Source of the DNA: Promethearchaeota archaeon
Lineage (GTDB): Archaea; Asgardarchaeota; Hermodarchaeia; Hermodarchaeales; Hermodarchaeaceae
Assembly (NCBI GenBank): GCA_048939625.1
Contig: JBHLPH010000004.1
Span: 1 to 64,000, forward strand
Length of the DNA: 64,000 bases
Direction: 5' to 3'
This document shows, in pieces, positions 47,245 through 58,319 of the stretch (position 1 is its first letter; each line of letters begins with the position of its first letter). The notes under the pieces were generated by a model. It saw nothing but the letters and a program-made list of their open reading frames with translations, searched no databases and was not told the origin of the DNA. The position numbers and the translations under genes are program-made.

Positions 47245-50010
47245 ATGCAGCGGAACTGGAAACTCACCTTAGCCATTCTAATTGGCGTCGTTATCGGTAC
47301 CACACTTTTTGCCAGCGCCAATATCGCTAGCGCCGCCACCCTCAATTATATGCTCCAAGAAACCCTCCAAAGCGTTCCTATTGACTTCTCCTACTCCCCC
47401 GAGTATACCCATATCCACGGATACCCGAATAGCACTAACCTTCCGCTGTATCAAACCACCATTGAGGGAGTAGAAGGAGTTCTAGGAACCCATGTTTTAG
47501 CCCACCATTTCAACTATTCATATGGATTCGAAGATTATGTAATCTCAGTAACCACAGGAATCTCCGAAGATTCTCCAGTATGGATTGGTTCGAGTATCAC
47601 TGGTGCCTCCACTCTGGGAACCAATGAAACCTACATTTTACAGCGATCCAGCGATTTAAGCCAATATCCCATTGGGAGTAATTGCACAATTACTATCCAT
47701 GTCGAGAGATGGTCAACGGAACCACTACTTATCAACCTAACCTTGGATGTTGTGGGAATTATCGAATTGACTGATGAAGGATTGAGCCATTTAGGCGAGG
47801 GGGCAATATATCCAAACCCATATTATGGCCGACAAAATGGCTTTATTGTTGATCTCAATCAAACACTTCTCCCTATTATTGATGCCATTGGTAAGTTACC
47901 CTCTTTTCAGTGGGCTGCTGTTCACCCAAAGATTCACATCTATATAGATCGAGGTCGCCTCATTAATCCTTTTGATGTAACGGTATCGATTCAGCAAATC
48001 AACTTGATTGAACAACAAATCAGAAACGAATTAGGATTATCGAGTTATGATTACAGTCTCCAGAATCATCTATCCGTATTTTTGATTATTTTTAGCAGTT
48101 TTGCTGAAAACCAGAAGTATACTTTTCTTCTTATTTCAATGCCCATCTTCTTCATCGCCCTTTATGTGGGAATTACACTAAATGACGTGTCTTTCTCGCT
48201 TCGGCGTCGAGAAGTCGGGTTGTATTTGACCAAAGGTCAAACCCGTCAAGAAATTACTGGTATGTTTGTCATAGAGGGTTTCGTTGTAGGAATTCTTGCC
48301 AGTATACTAGGATTAGCCCTAGCCTTTGCGTTAGTACCCTTCTTCATGGGATCAGGAAGCTATACACCATTGAATCCCCTTCTAGTGGGTCTAGATACCC
48401 TCTTTCTCACCTTTGCTTTCGGTATCTTTCTTGCCGTGATCGCTACCTATTGGCCAGCCCGCAAAGCAGTCCAAATCCCCACGACTGAGGCGATTCGAGA
48501 ATACACTCTTGCCGGTGAACCCACAGGTTACAATAAGGCGATAGCTTGGACCTGCCTTGTTTTAGGCACGTACAAATTAGTTATTTGGATTTTTAGTATT
48601 AATATCGCGAGTTTGCTTCAGGATATCCTTTTTACGAACCCAATCCTCAGTATAGCTGTGGCAATTTGGCTATTGGTGGATTCAGTTCTTAGTTTCTGGG
48701 CACCACTTCTGTTCTTCTATGGGTTCACGATTATTTTGGTTAAAGGCTCCACACGATTTCACGAAAATGCATCACGATTTATTCGCAGAATTATGGGAGA
48801 CCTTGGTGGTGTCGCTGCTCATACTATCCGTCGCCGACCAGGTAGGACTGCTGCAGTCATTTTTATCACTACGCTACTGGTGGGATATAGTGTTCAAACC
48901 GTGGGGATTATTGCAGCTCAACAAGACTTAGTCATAAGAACAGTATACAAAGACGTGGGAGCGGATTTGAAGGTTCAGGTCCGATATCCTGATAACGTAA
49001 CCAACATGCTTGAAGTGATTCGAGCTATACCAGGAGTTGGCGGAGCAAGCTTTGAATTCACGTTTTCGATGCTAACATCATCCGGGAGTACTCAAGTTCG
49101 TGCCATCAATATCAGTGAGTGGATCAATGTTGCTTATTGGGAGTCCGAATGGTTTCCAATACAACCTGCCTCTATTGCGTTACAGCTGTTAGAAGAGAAT
49201 AATCAGTCCATCATCTTAGAACGACTTCGCGCAGTGGAATTGAACATTGAATTAGGCAACTACCTTTCAGTTGAATTTCCAGTGATAGGATTTCAAAGCA
49301 TGCAAGTTGTTGGGTACTTTGGTCCGGAACCAGAGAACCTGGGAAGCTGGGGATATAGTTATTGGTTGGCTGAGTCCACTTGGTCCTATATTTCATATGA
49401 ACACTACCAGGAACTACGCCCAGGACTCGGCTCCGAATCGGGGTATATATTAGTCGCGCTTCAAAATCCTGCATTCAATGATGAGGTCGTTAATGCGATT
49501 GAAGCCTTAGATGACGTTGAGAGCGTCGAATCATCACTTGAGATTTTGGGCGAGTTCAGTACCAATGTTTTTCTGAACGCAAACATCAACATGATGTATA
49601 TGGGATTACTGTTTGCATTTCTGTTGGCATCCCTCGGAACTGCGGTCATCATATTTTTGACCTTGCGGGAACGGCGAACGACTACTGCCTTGATGAGTGC
49701 TCGAGGAATGACTTACGGGCAGACTATAAGAACCCTAGTGGCTGAAACGTTAACAATCATCGGCTTCGCACTTATTGTTGGACTCCTTGTTGGACTGATC
49801 GTGCTATATGGTTCTGTCCGCGGTTCAGTGGGTGTGGGAGGATTCGTTGGCCTCCCAGCTCTATTAGTCGCTCGATTCCTGCCAGCACCCTTCGTGGGAT
49901 TGATGACAGTACAATTAATCGCATTATTAGCCGTCCTCCTCGGAGCCACCCTAATACCGATTCTCATTGAGGCATATACTGCCCGCTATGATACATCCAT
50001 CTTGAGGTGA
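47245..50010 (+). CDS. FtsX/MacB-like ABC transporter permease (two repeats)
   Basis: RRREVGLYLTKG, YWPARKA, GADL, ERRTTTALMSARG; two large extracellular loops. Confidence 0.9.
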   Translation: MQRNWKLTLAILIGVVIGTTLFASANIASAATLNYMLQETLQSVPIDFSYSPEYTHIHGYPNSTNLPLYQTTIEGVEGVLGTHVLAHHFNYSYGFEDYVISVTTGISEDSPVWIGSSITGASTLGTNETYILQRSSDLSQYPIGSNCTITIHVERWSTEPLLINLTLDVVGIIELTDEGLSHLGEGAIYPNPYYGRQNGFIVDLNQTLLPIIDAIGKLPSFQWAAVHPKIHIYIDRGRLINPFDVTVSIQQINLIEQQIRNELGLSSYDYSLQNHLSVFLIIFSSFAENQKYTFLLISMPIFFIALYVGITLNDVSFSLRRREVGLYLTKGQTRQEITGMFVIEGFVVGILASILGLALAFALVPFFMGSGSYTPLNPLLVGLDTLFLTFAFGIFLAVIATYWPARKAVQIPTTEAIREYTLAGEPTGYNKAIAWTCLVLGTYKLVIWIFSINIASLLQDILFTNPILSIAVAIWLLVDSVLSFWAPLLFFYGFTIILVKGSTRFHENASRFIRRIMGDLGGVAAHTIRRRPGRTAAVIFITTLLVGYSVQTVGIIAAQQDLVIRTVYKDVGADLKVQVRYPDNVTNMLEVIRAIPGVGGASFEFTFSMLTSSGSTQVRAINISEWINVAYWESEWFPIQPASIALQLLEENNQSIILERLRAVELNIELGNYLSVEFPVIGFQSMQVVGYFGPEPENLGSWGYSYWLAESTWSYISYEHYQELRPGLGSESGYILVALQNPAFNDEVVNAIEALDDVESVESSLEILGEFSTNVFLNANINMMYMGLLFAFLLASLGTAVIIFLTLRERRTTTALMSARGMTYGQTIRTLVAETLTIIGFALIVGLLVGLIVLYGSVRGSVGVGGFVGLPALLVARFLPAPFVGLMTVQLIALLAVLLGATLIPILIEAYTARYDTSILR

Positions 50011-50019
50011 AATGAAACA

Positions 50020-50910
50020 ATGGCATTCATCGAAGTAGAAGATCTGGTTCGAGTATACCGCATGGGACAAGTCGAAGTCCGAGCACTTCGAGGTCTCAAC
50101 CTGAGCGTCAATGAAGGCGAACTCGTCGCAGTGATGGGGCCATCTGGCTCAGGCAAAACTACATTACTAAATATTCTTGGAGGTCTCGATCGATCCACCG
50201 CTGGCCAAGCGAAGGTGGGGGATGTGGATTTGACCTTTCTCTCCAGGAAACAACTTGTCATGTATCGGCGAAACGTGGTTGGACATATCTTCCAAACCTT
50301 GAATCTCATCCCAACCTTATCAGCGGCAGAGAACATTTCACTCCCTATGATAATCGCCCAAGTTCCCCGTAGTGAAAGACGTGCGCGAGTTGATGAGTTA
50401 CTGGATATTGTTCAGCTATCAGATCGGGCCCATCATAAACCTGACGAGTTAAGTGGTGGGGAACAGCAACGGGTAGCAATTGCTGCAGCCTTAGCCAATG
50501 ATCCACCTGTGGTCTTAGCTGACGAACCGACTGGCGAATTGGATTCTGAAACTTCAAAGACTATCGTGGATTTTTTGGGACAAATTAATCGTAAATATAA
50601 CAAAACCATTGTGATGGTCACTCATAACCCGATTGTAGCAGCTGCAACACAGCGGATTCTTCGTATTGAGGACGGGGTGATTATTGCGGCCTATACACCT
50701 GCTGAACTGGAGGCAGGAGCAGAAGGACGTCAAGTAAGCTTTGTGGATCAGATGCAGCAGCGTACTCGTAAATTAGAAGCCGAATTGAAAGAGCTAGATA
50801 AAAAGTTCAAGAAAGGCGAAGTCACTGGGGATGAATATGTCGATGAACGACTTCGATTGAAAGCCGCAATTCAAGGGCTGGAAGATGAAATCCACCGCCA
50901 CGGTGGCTAG
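50020..50910 (+). CDS. LolD/MacB-type ABC ATPase with C-terminal coiled-coil extension
   Basis: [35 protein letters not shown]. Confidence 0.94.
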   Translation: MAFIEVEDLVRVYRMGQVEVRALRGLNLSVNEGELVAVMGPSGSGKTTLLNILGGLDRSTAGQAKVGDVDLTFLSRKQLVMYRRNVVGHIFQTLNLIPTLSAAENISLPMIIAQVPRSERRARVDELLDIVQLSDRAHHKPDELSGGEQQRVAIAAALANDPPVVLADEPTGELDSETSKTIVDFLGQINRKYNKTIVMVTHNPIVAAATQRILRIEDGVIIAAYTPAELEAGAEGRQVSFVDQMQQRTRKLEAELKELDKKFKKGEVTGDEYVDERLRLKAAIQGLEDEIHRHGG

Positions 50911-51018
50911 TCACTCATCTTAGGAAGCTAATGAAGCAGAAACGGAAGTATTAATTGCACTTTTCCCTCCTTTGATGCATAGCAAGATCGTTTCATTGAA
51001 TCAGGAGCCAGTTGAAGT

Positions 51019-51546
51019 ATGCCATTTCGTGATTACATTGCTGCCCCTCACAAACTAGTGTATATCGAGGGAAAAGATCGGTACGAAATTCCGTGTATTT
51101 TCTGTGCAATAATTGAAGGCAACCCACGTGTGAAAACCAAGATTGTGTATCGCGATTCTAAGTATATGGTAATTCTGAACATGTTTCCATTTAACCCCGG
51201 ACATGTGATGGTGGTCCCAATTCAGCATATTGAGAAACTTTCTGAATTCAGTCGAGAGGAATTGAATGCTTTCTTTCAGATGGGTGCAAAAACAGTGCGC
51301 CTTGTGGAAACCGCTTTCAACCCAACCGGTGTAAATATGGGGTTGAACATTGGTTCTGCAGCTGGGGCAAGCATAGAGCACCTCCATCTGCATATCGTTC
51401 CCCGCTACCCACGCGAATTAGGTTTCATGGAAACAGCCGCCGATACGCGAACTTTGGTAATGGATGCTGAAACCACTTTCAAACGATTAAAACCGCATTT
51501 GCATATTCTACAGGAAGACTTAGGCGAAGAAGCAGGAGGAAAGTGA
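51019..51546 (+). CDS. HIT family hydrolase
   Basis: CIFC, NMFPFNPGH, AGASIEHLHLHIVPR. Confidence 0.93.
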   Translation: MPFRDYIAAPHKLVYIEGKDRYEIPCIFCAIIEGNPRVKTKIVYRDSKYMVILNMFPFNPGHVMVVPIQHIEKLSEFSREELNAFFQMGAKTVRLVETAFNPTGVNMGLNIGSAAGASIEHLHLHIVPRYPRELGFMETAADTRTLVMDAETTFKRLKPHLHILQEDLGEEAGGK

Positions 51547-52091
51547 CATTGGGGAAAAAACGTACCACTGACCATCATGGTATGGTCCAAGTGTATACAG
51601 GACGCGGAAAAGGTAAAACCACCGCGGCATTGGGTCTGGGCCTTCGAGCAGCAGGACATGGTTTTGAAGTGTATATGATTCAGTTCATGAAAGGTCAGAT
51701 TAATTATGGGGAACTCGAAGCGGTGAAACATATTCCGAATTTCACGATTCGACAGTTTGGGCGTCCAGATTTTGTAGATAAAGCAAATCCTGATCCAGTG
51801 GATATCAAATTAGCAAGAGAGGCGCTTGATCATGCCCGAGACATTATCAACGAGGGAAAGGTGGACTTTCTGATTCTCGATGAGGTCAATGTGGCTTTAG
51901 ATTTCCGATTAGTCACAGACCAGGAGGTCTTGGCGTTGATCAAGTCGCGTCCACCTCAAATGGAGCTCATTTTAACCGGACGTTATGCACCTCCAGCGAT
52001 CCTGGAAATCGCGGATTTAGTGAGTGAAGTAAAAGAGATTAAACATCCATACCAGAAGGGAATTGCAGCACGAAAAGGCGTTGAAATGTAA
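51543..52091 (+). CDS. cobA: Cob(I)alamin adenosyltransferase (CobA/BtuR/CobO type)
   Basis: VYTGRGKGKTTAALG, QFMKG, ILDE, LTGR, KHPY..G..ARKGVE. Confidence 0.95.
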   Translation: MTLGKKRTTDHHGMVQVYTGRGKGKTTAALGLGLRAAGHGFEVYMIQFMKGQINYGELEAVKHIPNFTIRQFGRPDFVDKANPDPVDIKLAREALDHARDIINEGKVDFLILDEVNVALDFRLVTDQEVLALIKSRPPQMELILTGRYAPPAILEIADLVSEVKEIKHPYQKGIAARKGVEM

Positions 52092-52113
52092 GGCATAGGC
52101 AAGGTGATGAGGA

Positions 52114-53787
52114 GTGACGAAGAACCGGCGTGTCAAGAAGGCGCTCCGTGACTGGGAAACGAATGTGCTTACGCCATATAAGAAAAGGAGCCCTGAACGT
52201 GCCGACCAGTTCATGACTACCTCGAGTAAACCGGTGAAAAACCTTTACACGCCAGAGGATGTACCTGAGTTCGATTATCTGCAGGACCTAGGGTTTCCTG
52301 GTCAACCCCCGTTTACGCGTGGGGTGTATCCGACGATGTTTCGTGGTCGACTATGGACCATGCGAATGTATTCGGGTTTTGGGAATGCAGCACAAACGAA
52401 TGAACGATACCGGTATCTCCTCGAACAGGGACAAACGGGACTCAGCGTCGCCTTTGACCTTCCAACCCAGATTGGCTATAATTCCGACCACCCGATGGCA
52501 GCGGGCGAAGTCGGTAAATGTGGAGTCTCGATACCTTCAGTTGAAGATATGGCCATTCTCTTCCAAGACATTCCATTGGACAAGGTGAGTACTAGCATGA
52601 CCATCAACGCGCCAGCGTCAGTATTGCTGGCGATGTATGTTGCCATTGCGAAACGCCAAGGAATCGAGCCCAGGGTTCTCCGGGGTACAATTCAAAATGA
52701 TATTCTGAAAGAGTACGTAGCACGAGGAACCTATATCTATCCACCAGAGCCTTCGATGCGCCTCATCACAGATACTTTTGCTTATTGTCAAAAGGAACTC
52801 CCACGCTGGAACACTATCAGCATCAGCGGGTATCATATTCGGGAAGCAGGAAGTACGGCGACACAAGAAGTGGCTTTTACCTTTGCTAATGGGATTGCGT
52901 ATGTTAATGCAGCAATTGAAGCAGGTCTTCAAGTTGATGAATTTGCCCCACGCCTGTCTTTCTTCTTTGGAGCGCACAACGATCTTTTCGAAGAAGTAGC
53001 AAAATTCCGAGCTGCACGTCGCTTATGGTATAAGATCATGCGGGAACGATTCAATGCTGAAAACCCCCGATCATGGCTGCTTCGATTTCATACGCAAACT
53101 GCTGGGTGTAGTTTGACAGCTCAACAACCTGAGAACAACATAGTTCGAGTTACAATGCAAGCACTTGCAGCAGTGATCGGAGGTACTCAATCACTGCACA
53201 CAAACTCCATGGACGAAGCCCTCGCTCTTCCAACCGAAAAGGCAGCGACTATCGCTTTACGCACCCAACAAATCCTTTCCCAAGAAAGTGGTGCTGCTAA
53301 CACTATTGATCCCTTTGCTGGCTCTTATTATATAGAGAATTTAACCAATGACATCGAAGAGGGAGTCATTAGCTATCTTGACCGTATCGACAAAATGGGT
53401 GGTGTTTTACGGGCGATTGAAGCAGGATACATCCAACGGGAAATCCATGATAGTGCATATCGCTATCAACGAGAAATCGAAACAGGCAAACGCGTTGTTG
53501 TTGGTGTGAACCAGTTTGTTATCGCAGAAGAAGAGCAAGCCACTGACTATCTGCGGGTTGATCCAGCAGTAGAAAAGAGCCAAAATCGGAAGCTTGCCCA
53601 ATTGCGGAAGAGGCGTGATGCAAAAGCGGTGGAATCAGCTCTCGATAGGATAACGGTTTGTGCAGAAGGCACTGAAAACCTGCTTTATCCAATTATTGAT
53701 GCCGTCGAAGTTCAGGCTACATTAGGAGAAATTTGTGACGCTTTACGCTTTGTTTTTGGAGAGTATAAGGCGCCTCAGATTTTCTAG
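52114..53787 (+). CDS. Methylmalonyl-CoA mutase, large (substrate-binding) subunit
   Basis: [14 protein letters not shown] (Tyr89 equivalent), [16 protein letters not shown] (Arg207 equivalent), [15 protein letters not shown]. No DxHxxG B12 domain. Confidence 0.95.
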   Translation: MTKNRRVKKALRDWETNVLTPYKKRSPERADQFMTTSSKPVKNLYTPEDVPEFDYLQDLGFPGQPPFTRGVYPTMFRGRLWTMRMYSGFGNAAQTNERYRYLLEQGQTGLSVAFDLPTQIGYNSDHPMAAGEVGKCGVSIPSVEDMAILFQDIPLDKVSTSMTINAPASVLLAMYVAIAKRQGIEPRVLRGTIQNDILKEYVARGTYIYPPEPSMRLITDTFAYCQKELPRWNTISISGYHIREAGSTATQEVAFTFANGIAYVNAAIEAGLQVDEFAPRLSFFFGAHNDLFEEVAKFRAARRLWYKIMRERFNAENPRSWLLRFHTQTAGCSLTAQQPENNIVRVTMQALAAVIGGTQSLHTNSMDEALALPTEKAATIALRTQQILSQESGAANTIDPFAGSYYIENLTNDIEEGVISYLDRIDKMGGVLRAIEAGYIQREIHDSAYRYQREIETGKRVVVGVNQFVIAEEEQATDYLRVDPAVEKSQNRKLAQLRKRRDAKAVESALDRITVCAEGTENLLYPIIDAVEVQATLGEICDALRFVFGEYKAPQIF

Positions 53788-55040
53788 CGTTCTTTTTGGG
53801 CACCCGCTTGAGATGGAATCGTATACAGGACAATTGGAATCAGAATTAATCCGATGATTGCACCTACCCAATAGACGCCAGAAAGAGTAAGGCTTGCCAG
53901 TACAATTGCCATTATTAGAGGCCCCAAGGTTTGTCCAAGACGGAGCACTAGCCCATTTAGAGACATCACAGCAGCCCGATACTCAAGGGGAGCGAGATTC
54001 ACTAAGAGATTTTGAGTTGTAGGTATGGCTAGTCCCATTGCTACACCAAATAGACCGACTGGAGTGAGAATAAGAAGAAGGGTTGAGGCAAAGGGAATAA
54101 GAAAGAGCCCCAAAGCCGCAAATGGAAAAGCAGCGACTAGGATTACTTTCATGCGAAAGCGTTGTATCAGAAATCCGACCAGGAATGCGGTAATTGCTGA
54201 GGTTACTGAGATGAAGGAAACAACAAGACCGGCAATGAACGAGTTTACGCTAAACGCAGAGACAACTAGGAAGGGTAAGTAAGTGATTATTGCCCCATAG
54301 AGCATGATGAATATAGCCGTGCTTACAATAAATAGTCCCACTACTTGTTTATCCTGGAGGATGTACCCGATTTGCTCAAAATACTCACGTAAGGTCATTT
54401 CTTGATCGGGACAGGGATCTTTTAGCCAAACGATCGCAGCTAATCCGATTGGAAGAGCCAGAAGCGGAAGATAGAATGGAAAATACCAGGCAAAAAGAGC
54501 CAAGAACCCACCAATTGTAGGATAAGCTGCGGTTCCAATACTTTGGACACTCACATTATACCCCATGACCTGTGTGCGTTGTTTTCGGTGATAGAGATCA
54601 CCTATAACTGTAACATTAAGGGAACTAAGTGAAGCTGCACCAACTCCTTGAACAAATCGAAAAATTAGGAGTACAAGAAATGGCGAGAGCCCGAACATTA
54701 AACCTAAGGGCTCGGAAAAAGTGCAGGCAAAACCAGCGAAACCGAATAGGAGAAGAGAGGGAGCTAATACTCGTTTCCGCCCATAATGATCTGCTGCCAC
54801 TCCAAAAAAGGGTGTGAAAAGCACGCCTGGAATCGTGAAAACAATTATGAGTAAACTCACCATTCCTGGGGGTATCCCTAAGGCGATACTCATGGCTGGA
54901 AATGCCGGTGTGATACTAGCAACGCCCAAAACGGCAATCAGGGTGGTACCAAAAATGATGAGCAGATTGGCATTTAGCGAGGGTCGTCCCTCTGGAGCCT
55001 CAATTGGAGGTCCATCATCAGGTTGCATAATGCGCTCCAA
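53784..55040 (-). CDS. MFS transporter
   Basis: Twelve TMs, [11 protein letters not shown] motif A, RFVQGVG. Confidence 0.92.
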   Translation of the reverse strand: MERIMQPDDGPPIEAPEGRPSLNANLLIIFGTTLIAVLGVASITPAFPAMSIALGIPPGMVSLLIIVFTIPGVLFTPFFGVAADHYGRKRVLAPSLLLFGFAGFACTFSEPLGLMFGLSPFLVLLIFRFVQGVGAASLSSLNVTVIGDLYHRKQRTQVMGYNVSVQSIGTAAYPTIGGFLALFAWYFPFYLPLLALPIGLAAIVWLKDPCPDQEMTLREYFEQIGYILQDKQVVGLFIVSTAIFIMLYGAIITYLPFLVVSAFSVNSFIAGLVVSFISVTSAITAFLVGFLIQRFRMKVILVAAFPFAALGLFLIPFASTLLLILTPVGLFGVAMGLAIPTTQNLLVNLAPLEYRAAVMSLNGLVLRLGQTLGPLIMAIVLASLTLSGVYWVGAIIGLILIPIVLYTIPSQAGAQKER

Positions 55041-55130
55041 CCCCTAACCTTTGATAAAAACGTTTGTGGATTACTACTTAAATGAAACAGAAGTCTTTTG
55101 AAGACTACAAGGGGAAAAGATAGCGGAGAT

Positions 55131-55538
55131 GTGACTCGAGTGCGTATTGCTCACATTGGAATTGCCGTCAAAGATGCAGATACAGCCCTGAAACTATACC
55201 GTGATGTCTTAGGGCTAGAACCCTCAAGCGTTGAAATCGTAGAAACCCAGAAGGTAAAGTCTGTCCATATCCCAATCGGAGATTCGAGCATTGAACTACT
55301 TGAATCCACGAGCTCCGAAGGTGTCGTGGCGAAATTTATTGAAAAACGTGGAGAAGGAATTCACCATATCGCCATTGAGGTCGATGATATTAAGGCAGCA
55401 CTTACTCAAATGAAAGCTCAAGGATATCAATTGATTGATGAAACACCGCGAATGGGCGCAGAAAATATGCAGATTGCCTTCGTGCATCCCCGAAGCACTA
55501 ACGGAGTCCTCTTAGAACTCTGCCAATCAAGCCAATAA
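55131..55538 (+). CDS. mce: Methylmalonyl-CoA epimerase
   Basis: HIGIAV, IELLE, KFIEKRGEGIHHIA, FVHPRSTNGVLLEL. GTG 55131 preferred. Confidence 0.94.
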   Translation: MTRVRIAHIGIAVKDADTALKLYRDVLGLEPSSVEIVETQKVKSVHIPIGDSSIELLESTSSEGVVAKFIEKRGEGIHHIAIEVDDIKAALTQMKAQGYQLIDETPRMGAENMQIAFVHPRSTNGVLLELCQSSQ

Positions 55539-55541
55539 TAT

Positions 55542-56381
55542 GTGAAACCCATGGAATCCCCACCCATTCCCCTCGAACCACGGAACGATCCTTTTCAGCA
55601 CGCTTTTAATAATACCTCAAAAATCGTGTTCAAACGCCTGCTCCATTTTTCCTCCCTCACTTCGACAAACGAATATCTGAAACCTTTAGCTAAAAGAGGC
55701 GAAATTGAGGGACTGGTTGTGCTTGCTGATGAGCAGACAGAAGGACGCGGACGATTAGGTCGATGCTGGCATTCTCCTGCTGGAGGACTCTATTTCTCCG
55801 TTTTAGTCCGCCCGATGACCATTCCTGCATTACAGACACCACTCATCACCCTAACTACGGGTTTAGCCGTCGCAAAGGTGATCCAAACCGCCCTAGGAGT
55901 CAACCCTGCTTTGAAATGGCCTAATGATATTATGATAGGTAATAAAAAAGTCGCAGGAATTCTTGTTGACTCCGCGTTTATTGGTCAAGACATTGAATAC
56001 GCGATAATTGGAATCGGTGTCAATGCCAACATCCCTCTTGTAGAGTTATCTGAGCCGCTTCAAAGGATAGCAACCACGCTTCAGATTGCACTAAATCGAT
56101 CTGTAAACATCCCGCGTCTGTTTGGCTATCTGATTGGTCAGCTTGAATTCTGGTATATGAAACTGCGTGATAAGGGATTCAAAGCTATTGAACCCCATTA
56201 TCGATCACTGAGTATGACATTGGGAAAAACTATTACAATTGACTTGGGTAACCAGAAGGTTTCAGGGTTGGCAAAGTCATTAGACCCTGACGGGGGATTA
56301 TATGTTCAGACAGCAGATGGGCCGCAAGTTTTTCGGAGTGGAGACGTGGTTTCCTCAAAATCGAAGCCAGACATTGAATAA
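55542..56381 (+). CDS. birA: Biotin-protein ligase (class I, no HTH)
   Basis: STN, QTEGRGRLGRCWHSP, KWPND, KVAGIL, GIGVN. Confidence 0.95.
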   Translation: MKPMESPPIPLEPRNDPFQHAFNNTSKIVFKRLLHFSSLTSTNEYLKPLAKRGEIEGLVVLADEQTEGRGRLGRCWHSPAGGLYFSVLVRPMTIPALQTPLITLTTGLAVAKVIQTALGVNPALKWPNDIMIGNKKVAGILVDSAFIGQDIEYAIIGIGVNANIPLVELSEPLQRIATTLQIALNRSVNIPRLFGYLIGQLEFWYMKLRDKGFKAIEPHYRSLSMTLGKTITIDLGNQKVSGLAKSLDPDGGLYVQTADGPQVFRSGDVVSSKSKPDIE

Positions 56382-56433
56382 TCTTAACAAGCCTTTTAGG
56401 CGTAGAATTCTCAGGAGCATTTAGTGAACTACA

Positions 56434-56826
56434 ATGTCATTCACTGGTTTCCAGCTTAATTTGGCTGTTCTAACGGCCCAAATCGATTTTATAGACGGTT
56501 TGATAAACCTGATTTTCGGTGCCTTTGGGCTAATTTTCGTTGTTTTCATTGCCATTTTCGTCGGTATATTCATTTTTGCTTTCTACATGATCTGCAAGAG
56601 CATGCGCGCTGCGGCACGAGACATAGATATGCCAGAACCCGTTCATATTGATCAGGAACTTGGCCATGAAAGACAATTAATTCGAGAAAGTCTTCCTGCT
56701 GAGTGTCCAAACTGTGATGCTCCACTGAAGTATAATGAAGTCATTTGGACAGGACCGCGACAAGCTGAATGCCCTTACTGCGGTACAGTTGTAGAACTCG
56801 AAGAAACAATCGTTGGAGATTCCTAA
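56434..56826 (+). CDS. Membrane-anchored zinc-ribbon protein
   Basis: One long TM, then CPNCDAPL...CPYCG. Confidence 0.75.
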   Translation: MSFTGFQLNLAVLTAQIDFIDGLINLIFGAFGLIFVVFIAIFVGIFIFAFYMICKSMRAAARDIDMPEPVHIDQELGHERQLIRESLPAECPNCDAPLKYNEVIWTGPRQAECPYCGTVVELEETIVGDS

Positions 56827-56906
56827 GAAAAAAGAAATTCCGGTGACCAGCCTATAGGTTGATCACCTGTTCACGTATCTTTATCGGATTGCGCAATGAT
56901 TCAGAT

Positions 56907-57284
56907 TTAGCTAGTCTTCCAGAGCAGGTGGATGTTGCAGTATTCCCGTGCCATTTCTGGCTTGCCTTTCATCGGAAAGTCTGCTTCGGGTTTTTGGCCA
57001 GGTTCGAGAAACTGCCGCATGATTGTGCCGTCTTTGACGACTTGAATCCATTCAATCCAGTGCTCATCCGTCATCGGGTGAGGCGTGGAACCGACGATAA
57101 CGTGGAGACCATCCTTAGTCTCTTCCACAACCGGCACATGCTTTTCTGTCTTGAAGTCAGCGGTGTGCTCTTCCATTAGTTTCATGGGTTGTCCACAACA
57201 TACAAGCGTTCCAGTACCAGTGTGCAGGACTTCGACAATATTTCCGCAAACTTCGCATTTGTAGATTTGGAGTAATTCAGTCAT
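56907..57284 (-). CDS. dfx: Desulfoferrodoxin (2Fe superoxide reductase)
   Basis: YKCEVCGN...CCGQPM, EKHVP, HPM..EHWIEWI, EYCNIH. Confidence 0.96.
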   Translation of the reverse strand: MTELLQIYKCEVCGNIVEVLHTGTGTLVCCGQPMKLMEEHTADFKTEKHVPVVEETKDGLHVIVGSTPHPMTDEHWIEWIQVVKDGTIMRQFLEPGQKPEADFPMKGKPEMAREYCNIHLLWKTS

Positions 57285-57326
57285 TTCATAATCACCAATT
57301 ACAGTACCATTCGACTACCGTGAGGA

Positions 57327-57602
57327 CTAACCTGTCCCTCCCTTTGCCTCCTGTTCTTTCTTCTTTTTGACCATTTCTTGGACATCATTGTAGATCTCTT
57401 CACCTACGCATTCTTTGGCGTATTCACAATACTCTACGCAGGACATCGTATCATTGTAGATGGTAAAGCCGCAGTTCTCACAGTCCATCTTCACGTCACT
57501 TGTAAAGAGTTCAACTTCCTCGCCGCATTTCGGGCAGGTTTTGAAGATGATGGTGGGTCGTTTGAGCGGTGCGGCACCAGGGCAGTCATCGATAATCTTC
57601 AT
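57327..57602 (-). CDS. Small 8-Cys metal-binding protein
   Basis: CPG, CPKC, CENC, SCVEYCEYAKEC. Confidence 0.8.
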   Translation of the reverse strand: MKIIDDCPGAAPLKRPTIIFKTCPKCGEEVELFTSDVKMDCENCGFTIYNDTMSCVEYCEYAKECVGEEIYNDVQEMVKKKKEQEAKGGTG

Positions 57603-57653
57603 GGTTACCGACTAAGAGTTAACATCGTTGACCTTAAAACCGGTTTGGTTTTC

Positions 57654-57956
57654 CTACTCTTCGGCCTCATCCTCTTCGCTAGTCTCGTCCGGTTCAGCAA
57701 GCGGCTTCTGCTCAGATTTTGATTCACCCATCGCATCCGGAGCATACCCTGCCACCTTCTCGATAGCCGCAATCAACTGGTCTTTCAATTCTAAGGAGAT
57801 ACGCACACCTTTTTTGGTGGGACGCCAACTCGCTTCTCCAGCCTGATAATAAATCCGAATATCAATTCCAAGGAATCCTTGCCACTCAGAAAGGGATACC
57901 CAAATTTTTTCAGTTTCACTCCGCGGTAACGCCACTGGTTCACCAACAGTCGTCAT
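57654..57956 (-). CDS. PC4/Sub1/YdbC-family ssDNA-binding protein
   Basis: IWVSLSEWQG...IDIRIYY...WRPTKKGVRI; acidic tail. Confidence 0.9.
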   Translation of the reverse strand: MTTVGEPVALPRSETEKIWVSLSEWQGFLGIDIRIYYQAGEASWRPTKKGVRISLELKDQLIAAIEKVAGYAPDAMGESKSEQKPLAEPDETSEEDEAEE

Positions 57957-58015
57957 AAAATCACCTTACCCCTCAATACTAGAATTCACCCTATAAAGAA
58001 TCGTATTCGTAGATA

Positions 58016-58067
58016 AAACAAGGAAAAGGCGGATTCGGCACTCCACATACGGGGGCCTACCCCCGCC
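58016..58067 (-). terminator. GC-rich hairpin(s) plus U-tract after rubredoxin
   Basis: On the minus strand: CGGGGG-TAGG-CCCCCG, then GTGGA...TCCGC, then CTTTTCCTTGTTTT. Confidence 0.6.
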
Positions 58068-58083
58068 ATAAATATTCAACAAG

Positions 58084-58248
58084 CTAATCCGTCGGCTCGA
58101 ACATGTCCTTGCCAACGCCGCATACAGGACATACCCAGTCTTCAGGGATATCTTCGAACGCGGTACCTGGTGCGATACCTCCGTCGGAGTCACCGACAGC
58201 GGGATCATAGATGTATCCGCACGCTGTGCAGACATATTTCTGTGCCAT
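58084..58248 (-). CDS. rub: Rubredoxin (not in ORF track)
   Basis: [54 protein letters not shown] (54 aa), with an AGGTGA SD. Confidence 0.97.
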   Translation of the reverse strand: MAQKYVCTACGYIYDPAVGDSDGGIAPGTAFEDIPEDWVCPVCGVGKDMFEPTD

Positions 58249-58319
58249 GCTAGGTCACCTGATTTTGTTGGCTGGTTTCGTCGTTATTATTGTTTGGGTG
58301 TTATGAGTAATGCTGCGAT

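Noticed and set aside
50890-50910. C-terminal GG on the ABC ATPase as a ubiquitin-like terminus
   Set aside because: The preceding region is a helical coiled coil, not a beta-grasp fold.
57966-58235. 89-aa ORF in the track
   Set aside because: Alternative-frame shadow over the true rubredoxin gene and its terminator.
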